Shown piece by piece: positions 1 through 9,764 of a stretch of DNA of 41,944 nucleotides. Each line of letters begins with the position of its first letter. Position 1 is the first letter of the stretch. The notes below the pieces were generated by a model, which was given only the letters and a program-made list of their open reading frames with translations, had not been told where the DNA came from and did no database searches. This DNA is from Candidatus Eiseniibacteriota bacterium. GTDB taxonomy: Bacteria; Orphanbacterota; Orphanbacteria; Orphanbacterales; Orphanbacteraceae. The translations under genes and the position numbers were made by a program. The DNA lies in contig JBDROZ010000061.1 of assembly GCA_043809585.1 (NCBI GenBank), forward strand, positions 1-41,944. Direction: 5' to 3'.

Positions 1-181
1 CGATGAGGCCCCTTCCCCTCCGGCTCGGGCGAGACCCCCGTTATTCCCCCCTTCCACACCGACCACGAGGATCGAGGTCCGTAAGAAGCCGTCGTTCAAT
101 CTATTAGGCACGATATCGAACCGCGCGGCCACCGATCGCCACAACGCGCTGATATTGTGTGAGTTACCCAAGGCGCCCGGC

Positions 182-1351
182 CTACCGGAAGGCTTCGATG
201 CCGGTGATGTCCGCGCCGAGCACGAGGGTGTGGATGTCGTGGGTTCCCTCGTACGTCTTTACGCCCTCCAGGTTTAGCATGTGCCGGATCACGTGGTATT
301 CGGACATGATGCCGTTGGCGGCGATCATGTCCCGGGCGAGCCGGGCGATCTCGAGGGCCACCGCCACGTTGTTCCTCTTCGCCATGGAGATGTGGGTGTG
401 CTTCGCCTTCCCCTCGTCGAGCAGGCGTCCGAGCCGCCACGCCATGAGCTGCCCCTTCGTGATCTCCGTCGCCATGTACACGAGCTTTTCCTGCACGAGC
501 TGGAACGAAGCGATCGGCTTGCCGAACTGGATCCGTTCCTTCCCGTAGCGCAGGGCCCGGTCGAAGCAGTCCATGGCCGCCCCCATCGCCCCCCACGCGA
601 TGCCGTACCGCGCGCTCGAGAGACAGCGAAGGGGGGAGACGACCCCCTTCGATTCGGGGAGCAGGTTCCCCTCGGGGATCTCGCAATCCTCGAAGATCAG
701 CTCCGACGTGTCCGACGCGCGGAGCGAGAACTTGCCCCGCTGCGGCACGGGGCGGTAACCCGGCGTCCCCTTCTCGACGAGGAAGCCCCGGACCACGCCG
801 TCCAGTTTCGCCCAGACGATCGCCACGTCGGCGACGGTTCCGTTTGTGATCCACATCTTCGCGCCGCGGAGGACGTACCCGGCGGAAGTCTTCTCCGCCC
901 GGGTCACGAGCCCGCCGGGATCGGAACCGTAATCCGGCTCGGTCAAGCCGAAGCAGCCGATGACCTTCCCCTCCGCCATCGGCGGCAGCCACCTCTTCTT
1001 CTGCTCCTCGGTGCCGCACGTGTAAATCGAGTACATGGCGAGAGAGCCCTGGACCGACACGAAGCTCCGGAGCCCCGAATCACAGCGCTCCAGCTCCCGG
1101 CAGATCACGCCGTACGCGGCTTTGCTCACGCCGGCGCAGCCGTACTCCTCCGGCAGGAAGCAGCCGAACACCCCGAGCCTCGCCAGCTCCGGCACGAGCT
1201 TCGCCGGAAAGGTGTGGTTCTCGAAGTGCTCCGCGATGACGGGCATCGCCTGCTTCTCCACGAAATCGCGGATCCCGTTCCGGATCAGGATCTCCTCCTC
1301 CGTGAGGAGTTCCTCGACTCTGTAATAATCGATGGCGTGGAATTCGGACAT
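182..1351 (-). CDS. gcdH: Acyl-CoA dehydrogenase, glutaryl-CoA dehydrogenase-like
   Basis: 389 aa; ELERCDSGLRSFVSVQGSL, CFGLTEPDYGSDP, GAKMWITNG, RIQFGKPIASFQL, TYEGTHDIHTL motifs. Confidence 0.85.
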   Translation of the reverse strand: MSEFHAIDYYRVEELLTEEEILIRNGIRDFVEKQAMPVIAEHFENHTFPAKLVPELARLGVFGCFLPEEYGCAGVSKAAYGVICRELERCDSGLRSFVSVQGSLAMYSIYTCGTEEQKKRWLPPMAEGKVIGCFGLTEPDYGSDPGGLVTRAEKTSAGYVLRGAKMWITNGTVADVAIVWAKLDGVVRGFLVEKGTPGYRPVPQRGKFSLRASDTSELIFEDCEIPEGNLLPESKGVVSPLRCLSSARYGIAWGAMGAAMDCFDRALRYGKERIQFGKPIASFQLVQEKLVYMATEITKGQLMAWRLGRLLDEGKAKHTHISMAKRNNVAVALEIARLARDMIAANGIMSEYHVIRHMLNLEGVKTYEGTHDIHTLVLGADITGIEAFR

Positions 1352-1379
1352 GACGTTCCCCTTTCGGTGTGAGGCCTCG

Positions 1380-1409
1380 ATTGTAGGGGCCCGGCGATAG
1401 GAGTGTCAA
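1380..1409 (-). promoter_or_regulatory. Putative sigma70 promoter for the acyl-CoA dehydrogenase
   Basis: Minus strand TTGACA (1409-1404), 18 nt spacer, TACAAT (1385-1380), about 30 nt upstream of the ATG. Confidence 0.55.
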
Positions 1410-1431
1410 AGGACTTGGGGCCGGACGGCCC

Positions 1432-2712
1432 TCATCTAAGGAGAACGATTTTGCGGGTGTCCGACTCGTCGCCGGCGCGGATCCGGGCGAAATAGACGCC
1501 CCCGGAGACCGGGTGCCCGGCGTCGTCCCGGCCGTCCCAGACGACGTCGTGGGTCCCCGGGGCGCTCCGGCCGCGGACGAGGGTGCGGACGAGCCGCCCC
1601 TTCAGATCGTGGATGCCGAGCACCACCGTGTCCGCCTTCTCTAGCCGGTAGGAGAGGGTCGTCGCCGGGTTGAACGGGTTCGGCATATTCGGCAGGAGGA
1701 ACTCCCGGACGGAGGGCGCGGCGCCGGTCACCGTTGTCGCCGTCCCCCGGAGGGCGATGAAGTTGTAGATGTCGTCGTAGTCGTAGATGCCGTCGTGCAC
1801 GTCCCGCCACGTTTCGCACTCCACTCCGTCGCCGTCGACGGTGATCAGCAGGAACGTGCTCGGCGCCCCCTGATCGCCGAGGCCGCGCGCGTGGGCGGCG
1901 TCGAGCTGCCACACCCCCTCCCGGACATAGGCGCTGTAGTTGTGGGTGTGCCCGCAGATGTAGGCGATCACGCCCGAGTCCCTGAGCAGGCTCCAGAAGC
2001 GGTCCCTGTTCGGGGGGAACTGGTTCAGGCTGTCGAACTCGTGGCGGAGGCGGCCGTTGTCGGCGTCCGGCTGCGGGTAGGCCGGCTCGTGCCCGAAGAC
2101 GAAGACGTGGGGTTTCGTGTTCGCCGCGAGATCGGCGGCGAGCCACTCGTAAAGCGAGTCGGTCACGTCACCCACCGTGCCCATGTCGGAGACCCCGTCG
2201 TAGTACTCGTTCAGGACGACGAAGTGGGCGTTGTCGTAATCGAAGGAGAAGGTCGTCTCCACGCCGTTCGTCGGCCCCGTCCGGACGATGTTCGGCTCGG
2301 CGGCGCCGTTCGGGTCGAGATCGTAGGCCCGGATGTACTCGACGTAGGCGAGGGAGTCGAGCTCGTGGTTCCCGAGAACCGGATACCAGAGGAAGTCGGG
2401 CCCGAAGACCTGGTCGAGTGTCCACCGGGTGTCCCATGGCGGCTCCATGTCGCCGGGCGTCACCATGAAGATCACCGAGTCCCGGGATGCGATCGCCTCG
2501 CAGGCGCCGAGGAAGTGGCCGCTCGTCGGATAGGAGGGTCCCGCGAACCGGCGGACGTCGGCGGTGACGGCAAACGTGAACCGCGCCCCGTCGGCGGTGA
2601 CGGGGAATACCGTGAGTAGAGAGACGATCGCCATGACGATCGTGGCCGGCCGTGAGAACCGCACGGGCGCCTCCGGGATCGATGGGGGGATCGGGATCAC
2701 CTTGGGGAACAA
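1432..2712 (-). CDS. Secreted calcineurin-like metallophosphoesterase with C-terminal FlgD-Ig-like domain (true start probably somewhat downstream of 2712)
   Basis: ADVR, PGDM, LGNHE, FGHEP, CGHTH motifs; hydrophobic signal-like segment; tail PNPFNPATTL...WDGRDDAG...SGGVYF...KIVLLR. Confidence 0.8.
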   Translation of the reverse strand: MFPKVIPIPPSIPEAPVRFSRPATIVMAIVSLLTVFPVTADGARFTFAVTADVRRFAGPSYPTSGHFLGACEAIASRDSVIFMVTPGDMEPPWDTRWTLDQVFGPDFLWYPVLGNHELDSLAYVEYIRAYDLDPNGAAEPNIVRTGPTNGVETTFSFDYDNAHFVVLNEYYDGVSDMGTVGDVTDSLYEWLAADLAANTKPHVFVFGHEPAYPQPDADNGRLRHEFDSLNQFPPNRDRFWSLLRDSGVIAYICGHTHNYSAYVREGVWQLDAAHARGLGDQGAPSTFLLITVDGDGVECETWRDVHDGIYDYDDIYNFIALRGTATTVTGAAPSVREFLLPNMPNPFNPATTLSYRLEKADTVVLGIHDLKGRLVRTLVRGRSAPGTHDVVWDGRDDAGHPVSGGVYFARIRAGDESDTRKIVLLR

Positions 2713-2863
2713 TCGAAACGTCGCGGATTAATTATAGCACGAATCGCCCCCCCCGGGAGACGGGTTTCCCCGGGTATCCGAATCCCTCGTCATCGGGTAC
2801 CATTTCCTTCGTTATCTGATTCCGTGCGGATCGGGTACCATGGCGGGGAAAGGTGGGCATGAC

Positions 2864-5530
2864 ATGAAAAAACATATCTTGTTTTGTTGTATTGCCTTGG
2901 TCGTTCTCGCCGGTCCCGGGGACGGCGCGGAGCCTACGATCGCCCGCCTCGGGAACGGCCTCGAAGTGATCCTGATCGAGAACCACGGTAGCCCGATGAT
3001 CGCCGCGACCATGGTCGTCCGGGCCGGGGCCGACCTCGAGACGGCCGCCTCTTCCGGGGCGAGCCACATGATGGAGCACCTGCTCTTCAACGGGACGGAG
3101 CGGCGTACCCAGAAGGAGCTGTACGACGAGACCGACCTGTACGGCATCTACAATAACGCCACGACCCGCCGTTTCCACACGGATTACTTCGTCCTCGTTT
3201 CGAAAGAGCGCATCCGCCAGGCCATGGACATCCAGGCGGACATGCTCTTCCACTCGGTCTTCCCGGAGGAGAAGTTCGAGAAGGAGCGGGGCATCGTTCT
3301 CGAGGAGCTCGGGAAGGACGAGCAGGACCCGTCGACCATGGCGGACCTTCTCTTCCGGGCGGTCGCCTTCGCGGGGACTCCCTACGCGCGGCCGATACTC
3401 GGCACCCGCCCCTCCATCGGCGAGATGTCCCGGGAAGACGTGATGGCGTACCACGGGAAGACGTATGTGCCGAACAACATGACCCTCGTCGTGATCGGCG
3501 ACTTCCTCGCGGAGCCGATGCTCGATCTCTCTCGGGAGATTTACGGGAAGGAGCCGGCGGCCCGGCTGCCCGCCTTCCCCGCCATGAGTCCTCCGGAGAT
3601 CCGCTCCGGCGAGCGGACCCGGATCTTCCACGGCGAGTCGGAGAAGGGCTTCCTGTCGATGGCCCTGGGCGCACCCCCCGGCGGCGGCGACGGGAATCCC
3701 GGGTTCGAGGCGATCGTCGACTTCCTCGCCCACCGGCTCTCCGCGGACCTCGCCGAGGGGGAGGCCCCCCTCCTCTTCTCGATCGGCGCCTCCTACGAGC
3801 GGCGCGAAACGTGGGGACGGCTGATCGTCTCGGCCGCCTTCGATCCCGAGAAGAACGTCGACGAGATGGAGTCGCGCATCCTCGAGAGCGTGCGGCTCCT
3901 GATCGCCGCCGGACCCGGCGCGGACGAGGTGGAGCGGTTTCGGGTCTCCGCCAAGACCGGCGAAATCTACCTTTCCGAGAAGCCCCACATGGTGGGGCTC
4001 ATGAAGGCGGAGGCGTACGGCCGGGGAGGGTACGACGCCGTCCGCGGCTATCTCGAGGCGCTGGACGGGCTCGACCCGGCGCGGATCGGCGCGGAACTCG
4101 GCGAAGCGGTCGATCCGGAGCGGCGCGTTTCCGTCGCCTATCTGCCCGGCGAAAAGGACTGGGAAGAGGAGGACATCGCGGTGGTCGTCGCGGGCGAGGC
4201 CCCGGTCTGGGAGTCGTGCGGCCTCGAGGCGCCGCCGGAAGGTGGAGAGACGGTGATCGTGAGCCGCCCGGCGGGGGCCGGCGCCGCCCGGTCCGCCCGC
4301 GCCGACCGGGTCGATACGACCTTCGCGAACGGCCTCCGGCTCGCCGTGATCTCGAACGACGACTCGGAGGTCTTCGCGATCCACCTGCTCGCGAAGAACC
4401 GGTCGTGGCAGGAGCCGGCGGGAGAGGCGGGTGCCGCCGATCTCCTCCACCGGATCCTCCTCAAGGGGGCGGGCGACCTCGGGGGCGATGCCCAGCGGGC
4501 CGCCCTCGAGCGGATCGGCGCGGAGGTCAAGGTGTGCGACGCCGGCTTCATCCCCTACGACGACTACTACACGGTCCCCTCCTACTCCTTCGTCCGGTTC
4601 ACCACCATCGAGGAGCACGCCGGGCGGGGGGTCGATCTCTTCGCCGACATGATCCGCCGCCCCCGCTTCGACGGCGTGGAGGGGGTGAAGCAGGAGATGC
4701 TCATGCTCGCGGGCGGGCGAGCGTCGAAGCCGTCCGACCTCTCGCGGGCGCTCCTCGGCCGCGCCCTCTACGGAGACCATCCCCTCGCGTCGGACCCGGA
4801 GGGGACGGCCGGAACCATCGAGGCGCTTACGAAGGAAGATGTGGAGCTCTTCCACGAGATGTACTTCGCGCCGGACAACCTGATCCTCACGGTGGTCACC
4901 TCCCGTCCTCCGGCGGAGGTCGTGCGCATGATGGGCGGACTTTTCGCCGACGCGCGCCGATTCACGAAGAGAAAACCGGCGCCCCCCCTCCCGTCGATCA
5001 CCACGGCGGACACGGCCGTGGAGGAGACGACGGGGGCGAGCCAGGGTTACATCCGGACCGGCTACGTGATCGAGGTCCCGGAGGAGGACCGGGCGGCGCT
5101 CCAAGTGGCGACGGCAATCCTCTCCGACGAGATGGCCTTCGACCTTCGCGAGACCCGGGGGCTTGCCTACAGCATCGGCGCCGGCGTCTCCTTCCTCGGG
5201 GACCGGGCGACGGTCAGCGCCTCCATCGGAACGAGCCCCGAGAATTTCGACGAGGCCCTCGCGGGAATCCGGGGGCACCTCGACCGGTCCGCCGCGCGGG
5301 AGACTCTGGAGCCGGAGGAGCTCGAGAAGGCGGTGAACGGTCTTCTCGGGCGGATGAACATGCGCCGTCTCTCCCGGCCGAACCAGGCGTATCGGGCGGG
5401 GCTCGCGATTTTCACGGGAAGCGGCGAAGGCTGGGTGGACGAACTCCGGGGGCTGACTCCGGAGGATGTCCTCGCCGCCGGGAACAAGTATCTCCGGAGC
5501 GGACCCGCCGCGACGGCGCTCGTTCGATAG
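2864..5530 (+). CDS. Secreted M16 (pitrilysin/insulinase) zinc peptidase, tandem two-half form
   Basis: Signal peptide MKKHILFCCIALVVLA; inverted zinc motif HMMEH; EKERGIVLEE; second half lacks HXXEH and has LRETRGLAYS. Confidence 0.9.
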   Translation: MKKHILFCCIALVVLAGPGDGAEPTIARLGNGLEVILIENHGSPMIAATMVVRAGADLETAASSGASHMMEHLLFNGTERRTQKELYDETDLYGIYNNATTRRFHTDYFVLVSKERIRQAMDIQADMLFHSVFPEEKFEKERGIVLEELGKDEQDPSTMADLLFRAVAFAGTPYARPILGTRPSIGEMSREDVMAYHGKTYVPNNMTLVVIGDFLAEPMLDLSREIYGKEPAARLPAFPAMSPPEIRSGERTRIFHGESEKGFLSMALGAPPGGGDGNPGFEAIVDFLAHRLSADLAEGEAPLLFSIGASYERRETWGRLIVSAAFDPEKNVDEMESRILESVRLLIAAGPGADEVERFRVSAKTGEIYLSEKPHMVGLMKAEAYGRGGYDAVRGYLEALDGLDPARIGAELGEAVDPERRVSVAYLPGEKDWEEEDIAVVVAGEAPVWESCGLEAPPEGGETVIVSRPAGAGAARSARADRVDTTFANGLRLAVISNDDSEVFAIHLLAKNRSWQEPAGEAGAADLLHRILLKGAGDLGGDAQRAALERIGAEVKVCDAGFIPYDDYYTVPSYSFVRFTTIEEHAGRGVDLFADMIRRPRFDGVEGVKQEMLMLAGGRASKPSDLSRALLGRALYGDHPLASDPEGTAGTIEALTKEDVELFHEMYFAPDNLILTVVTSRPPAEVVRMMGGLFADARRFTKRKPAPPLPSITTADTAVEETTGASQGYIRTGYVIEVPEEDRAALQVATAILSDEMAFDLRETRGLAYSIGAGVSFLGDRATVSASIGTSPENFDEALAGIRGHLDRSAARETLEPEELEKAVNGLLGRMNMRRLSRPNQAYRAGLAIFTGSGEGWVDELRGLTPEDVLAAGNKYLRSGPAATALVR

Positions 5531-5541
5531 GAGTGGGACAC

Positions 5542-6663
5542 ATGCGCATCGAACCGTTCGCCATGGAGCGATGGCAGTCGACCTGGGAGCACCGGGTCGC
5601 CTTCAATCTCTCCGAGAGCGGCGTCCATCCTCTCTCGGTCGCGGAACTCCTCGCCCTCGAGGGGGAATCACCGGCCCCCGCGCCGGACGCTCTTGTTCGT
5701 CTCCGCCTCGGCTACATGCAGGGGAACGGCGCGGCGGAGCTCCGGGAGAGGATCGCCCTCGTCTATCCGGGGGCGGACATCGAGAACGTGCTCGTCACCA
5801 CGGGAAGCTCGGAGGCGAACTTCCTCGCCGCCCTCGTTCTGCTCGAGCCGGGGGACCTCGTGGCGTTCATGACGCCGAACTACCTCCAGCTCCGGGGGCT
5901 CGCCGTGGCGTGGGGGGGGGCGGTGACCGATGTGCCCCTTCGGGAGGAACTCGGCTGGGAAGCGGAACCGGACGATCTGGACCGGGCCATCACGAAGAAG
6001 ACGAAACTCGTGGTCGTGACGAACCCGAACAACCCGACCGGCAAGGTGCTCGGCCCGAAGTTCCTCGATCGCGTGGCCGCCGCGGCGTCCCGGGTCGGCG
6101 CGTGGGTCCTCTCCGACGAAGTGTACCGGGGGGCGGAACGGGACGGGGACGAGTCCCCCTCGTTCTGGGAGCGGTACGACCGGCTCTTGGTGACCGGCGG
6201 TCTCTCGAAGGCGTACGGACTCCCCGGGCTCCGGGTCGGCTGGGTCGTCTCCCCCGACCGGTCGATGATCGAGAAGCTCTGGTCCTATCACGACTACTCG
6301 ACGATCTGCCCCACCACGCTCTCCGAGGCGCTCGCCACGGCCGCCCTCGATCCGCTCCGGCGGCGGAAGATCTTGGAGAGAACCCGGGGAATCTTGAGGG
6401 AGAACTTTCCCGTCATCCGGGCGTGGGCGGACCAAGGAGCGTTCGCTTATCATCCGCCCGACGCGGGGGCCATCCTCTGGGTCCGATATGAAGGGAACGA
6501 ACCGTCGGCGGAGATCGCAAAGCGGCTCCGGGCGGAAGAGGACGTGCTCGTCGTGCCGGGGGCCCACTTCGGGATGGAAGGATACCTTCGTCTCGGCTAT
6601 GGTCTGCCCGGGGAGAAGCTCGCGGCGGCGCTGGAAAGGGTGACCGTCTGCTTTCGCAGGTGA
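5542..6663 (+). CDS. PLP-dependent aminotransferase class I/II
   Basis: ATG at 5542 after GGAG; NLSESG, TNPNNPTG, LSDEVYRG, GLSKAYGLPGLRVGW; the 950 aa ORF call is an upstream over-extension. Confidence 0.9.
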   Translation: MRIEPFAMERWQSTWEHRVAFNLSESGVHPLSVAELLALEGESPAPAPDALVRLRLGYMQGNGAAELRERIALVYPGADIENVLVTTGSSEANFLAALVLLEPGDLVAFMTPNYLQLRGLAVAWGGAVTDVPLREELGWEAEPDDLDRAITKKTKLVVVTNPNNPTGKVLGPKFLDRVAAAASRVGAWVLSDEVYRGAERDGDESPSFWERYDRLLVTGGLSKAYGLPGLRVGWVVSPDRSMIEKLWSYHDYSTICPTTLSEALATAALDPLRRRKILERTRGILRENFPVIRAWADQGAFAYHPPDAGAILWVRYEGNEPSAEIAKRLRAEEDVLVVPGAHFGMEGYLRLGYGLPGEKLAAALERVTVCFRR

Positions 6664-6729
6664 GTACGGCCAAGTCCCGAGGGCCCTCGGGGGTTCTCCC
6701 TGCAGGACACGCCTCCGAGCGGCGTACCG

Positions 6730-6870
6730 AATCATTGCGTCGCCGGATGCTCGGATCCGGCGACGGGGCTTACCCGTCCCCTCGCTCGCTAGGGAAGGCC
6801 GCCTCCGCTGGCCAAACGCTCGCGAGGGACGGGCGGCGCCCCTGCCACCAAGCACCGGCGACAGCATTTC
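6730..6870. repeat. Long imperfect nested palindrome in an intergenic region
   Basis: GTCGCCGGATGCT pairs with AGCACCGGCGAC, and inner CCCGTCCCCTCGC pairs with GCGAGGGACGGG. Confidence 0.5.
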
Positions 6871-7106
6871 GGAAACGGCGGCAGTCCTTGCTGATCATTC
6901 GAAACCACGGGCGGGTGGCCGCGACAGGAGTCCGCGAGGCGCGCAGCCACCAAGCGCCGGATCCAGATAAACCTCACATCACCAAGCACGAAACGTGCGG
7001 TTCACGTCGAGCCGACAAGTAAGACTGGTGCGCGACTGGCGAGCACCGCAGCGGACAGGAGCGGACAGGACCTGCCCGTCCCATAGCGGCAACATTGACT
7101 TCCGCC

Positions 7107-9620
7107 CTACCTCACCACCACCACCCGGCGCACCGCCGAGCCGCGCTCGGTCTCCAATCTCACGAAGTAGACCCCGGGAGCGACCTCCCGGCCGTCGTCC
7201 CCCTTCAGGCCCCATTCGTAGGCGTGATAGCCGCCGGGCCAGGTTTCGGTGACGAGCGAAGCGGTTCGCCTTCCCCGGATGTCGAAGACCCGGATGTCCA
7301 CCGGGCCCGGATCGTCCTGGAACCACTTCAGCGTCACCCGGGAGAGGGCCGGGTTCGGCCCGAGGGCGAGATGGAGGGAAGGCTCCGGAAGGGCGTACGA
7401 CGCGCCGTCCCACCGTGCGATGCCGTAGGCCGGGCGGCCGCCGGCTGCGGTGAAACTTCCGCCGATGTAGAGGGAACCGTTCCAGCTGGCGAGTGCGGTT
7501 AAGGAAATCGGAATCGTCGGCAGTTCGTCTCCGTACCCGATTCCGGATCCAAGAGACCACCACCGCGATCCATCCCACTGATAGACGATGTTCCGGTCCC
7601 ACCTCCGCCCTCCATCGCCGAAGAAAGAGAACCGCCCCCCTGCAGTGAGTAGTCCACGATGGGTACCGAGGGTGGTGACTCGTCCCTCTTCCGGCATCGG
7701 CAGGGGGCTCCAATCCACACCATCCCAGAACGCTAGGTGAGGAGAAGGCTGGCCCCCGGCCGTCTCGAATTCTCCGGCGACGGCGATCATCCCGTTCCAC
7801 AGGGTCATCTCTTCCATGTCGGGATAGTACTCGTCGTAGGTCACGTTTCCGCCGCGAATCCCGAACCATTCTTCGCCGTTCCACCGGGCCATGCCGTCGG
7901 CCCGGTCGGTCCCCGCGATGGAGAAATCGCCGCAGGCATAGAGGTCGCCGTCGTACGTTTCCAGATCATAAGGGAAGGCACCGTTCAATCCGTGCATTCC
8001 GTGCCCCATCCGTTCCCACTCTTCGCCGTTCCATGAGGCGATGTACCATACTTCCTTGTCCTCGGCCCGAGAGAACCATCCCCCGGCGATTAGACGATCC
8101 CTCCAAGTACCCAGTGTCCAAACTGTCCAACTCAAACCTCCTCCCAAGGGACGCCACCTTTCCCCGTCCCACCGGGCGATGTTCCGAACGGAATCGTCGC
8201 CAGCCTGAAGAAAACTCCCGGCAGCAACGAGAGAACCGTCGTGCGTCGCCAATGCGTGGATCCCTTCGAAAGACAAGGAATACGAGTACCGCCCACCGAT
8301 CCTGTGCCATTCGATTCCGTTCCAGAGACCGACGCCCCACGCGGACCGCCAGGTTCCCTGGTCGAAGAACTCCGCCGCGGCGTACAGACCCTCGTCGGTC
8401 ACAAGGAACGCGTGAACCGGCGAGGCCACCTCCATCGGGCGGTTATCCACAGGACTCCATCGGGTCCCGTTCAACACAAGCACCTCTCCCCGCCGGGACC
8501 TCTCGCCGCTCAAAAAGCTCCCGCCAAGGACGATCTCTCCTCTCCAAGCGGCGAGTATCTCCGCACGGGAACGATCCAGATCACCCCGGACGAAATCGCC
8601 CGTGCCGGACCATCGTTCACCGTCCCATCGGGCGGTCATTATGGTCGTCGTCGATCCGGAAGAATCGAAAGATCCGCAGGCGTAGAGATTGCCGCCGAAT
8701 TCGACCAGGGATCGCACGGCAGCGGGATACCCTCGATAGGTGAGGCCTTCACCGAGGTGGCGCCATGACTCACCATTCCAAGCCGCAATGCTTTCCTCGT
8801 CCTCTTCCCCCATCCGAGAGTACTTCCCCCCCACGACGAGATCGGTTCCGAACGATTCCATCGTGTATACGCCATACCCTTCGATCCCACCCAAACCCTC
8901 CCATCCGGACGGCGTCCACCGAAGGATGGAATGCGGACCGTCCGGCGCGAGAGACAGCAATCCACAAAGATAGAGTGTGTTCTCATGATTCAGAAGCCGG
9001 CCGAACGATCTCTTGAGAGGCCAGGTTCCTACGATCATCGTGTCGTGAAAAACCGAATCCCATGAGCTCCCGTCCCAGCGGAGCAGCTCCGTGGTCGCGC
9101 TTCCTGCGGTGATGGGTAAGTCCGCCGCCAGCGCCCAGAGATCCCCGCCCAAGGTCTCCATCTCGCAAACCGTGAAGGAAACCGGCACCGCCCCCTCTCC
9201 GATCTCCTCCCAGAGGTCACCGTCCCATGTCCAGATCGTGGGATTCGTGCCGCCGACGACGAGCTTGCCGCCGTGCACGGCGAAGCAGGCGGGCCCGCCG
9301 AGTTCCGCCGGCGGGTCGAGGGATTTCCACGACATCCCGTCCCACGAGACGAGTCCCCTGGCCTGAATGCCGTTCGCCCAGGCGAAGCGCCCCGCGACGA
9401 TCAGAAGATCGCCGTAGGCGACGACGCCGGTGATGTCGTCATCCAGGCCGTTCCCGCAGTCCCCGTAGAAACCTGAGGGGATGAACCCCGTCCACCAGTC
9501 GGCGTCGGTGCCGAGGGTGTCCACATCCCAATCCCCGTCGAAGGCGGGGGAAGAAACAGGAAAGAGAACAATAGAGAGAAAGAGAAGCAAGAGAGCCGGA
9601 CGGACGGGGGGAATCCTCAT
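7107..9620 (-). CDS. Large secreted repeat protein (probable beta-propeller) with C-terminal FlgD-Ig-like domain
   Basis: Signal peptide MRIPPVRPALLLLFLS...SSPA; recurring Lx(V/A)(G/A)GxF...(I/V)AxW(D/N)GxxW units; tail GPNP...IRVFDIRGR...APGVYFVRL. Confidence 0.75.
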   Translation of the reverse strand: MRIPPVRPALLLLFLSIVLFPVSSPAFDGDWDVDTLGTDADWWTGFIPSGFYGDCGNGLDDDITGVVAYGDLLIVAGRFAWANGIQARGLVSWDGMSWKSLDPPAELGGPACFAVHGGKLVVGGTNPTIWTWDGDLWEEIGEGAVPVSFTVCEMETLGGDLWALAADLPITAGSATTELLRWDGSSWDSVFHDTMIVGTWPLKRSFGRLLNHENTLYLCGLLSLAPDGPHSILRWTPSGWEGLGGIEGYGVYTMESFGTDLVVGGKYSRMGEEDEESIAAWNGESWRHLGEGLTYRGYPAAVRSLVEFGGNLYACGSFDSSGSTTTIMTARWDGERWSGTGDFVRGDLDRSRAEILAAWRGEIVLGGSFLSGERSRRGEVLVLNGTRWSPVDNRPMEVASPVHAFLVTDEGLYAAAEFFDQGTWRSAWGVGLWNGIEWHRIGGRYSYSLSFEGIHALATHDGSLVAAGSFLQAGDDSVRNIARWDGERWRPLGGGLSWTVWTLGTWRDRLIAGGWFSRAEDKEVWYIASWNGEEWERMGHGMHGLNGAFPYDLETYDGDLYACGDFSIAGTDRADGMARWNGEEWFGIRGGNVTYDEYYPDMEEMTLWNGMIAVAGEFETAGGQPSPHLAFWDGVDWSPLPMPEEGRVTTLGTHRGLLTAGGRFSFFGDGGRRWDRNIVYQWDGSRWWSLGSGIGYGDELPTIPISLTALASWNGSLYIGGSFTAAGGRPAYGIARWDGASYALPEPSLHLALGPNPALSRVTLKWFQDDPGPVDIRVFDIRGRRTASLVTETWPGGYHAYEWGLKGDDGREVAPGVYFVRLETERGSAVRRVVVVR

Positions 9621-9764
9621 GCGTGCGCTCTCCCGGGATGAGGAGTATGATGACTTTGTAACCAGATCCCCTATTTCGGCGCGGATAACAGAATCTAGGG
9701 AAACGGGGCGCCATCGAAACAGGGTATCTGGTAACTGAAGTATACCACGGACGGGAATCGCCCG

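Noticed and set aside
2732-5278. Long antisense ORFs (848 aa here; also 10783-12816, 19413-21881, 32883-35477, 35389-37236)
   Set aside because: Shadow frames of well-supported genes in high-GC DNA; no motifs
3811-5541. N-terminal ~577 aa of the 950-aa ORF
   Set aside because: Arg/Gly/Pro-rich out-of-frame overlap with the M16 gene; real start is 5542
5912-5920. G9 run in the aminotransferase as a phase-variation site
   Set aside because: Frame is intact and G/C runs are common in this window
6870-7095. Possible decayed transposase fragment and IS end
   Set aside because: Resemblance is too weak and orientation inconsistent; needs BLASTX/ISfinder
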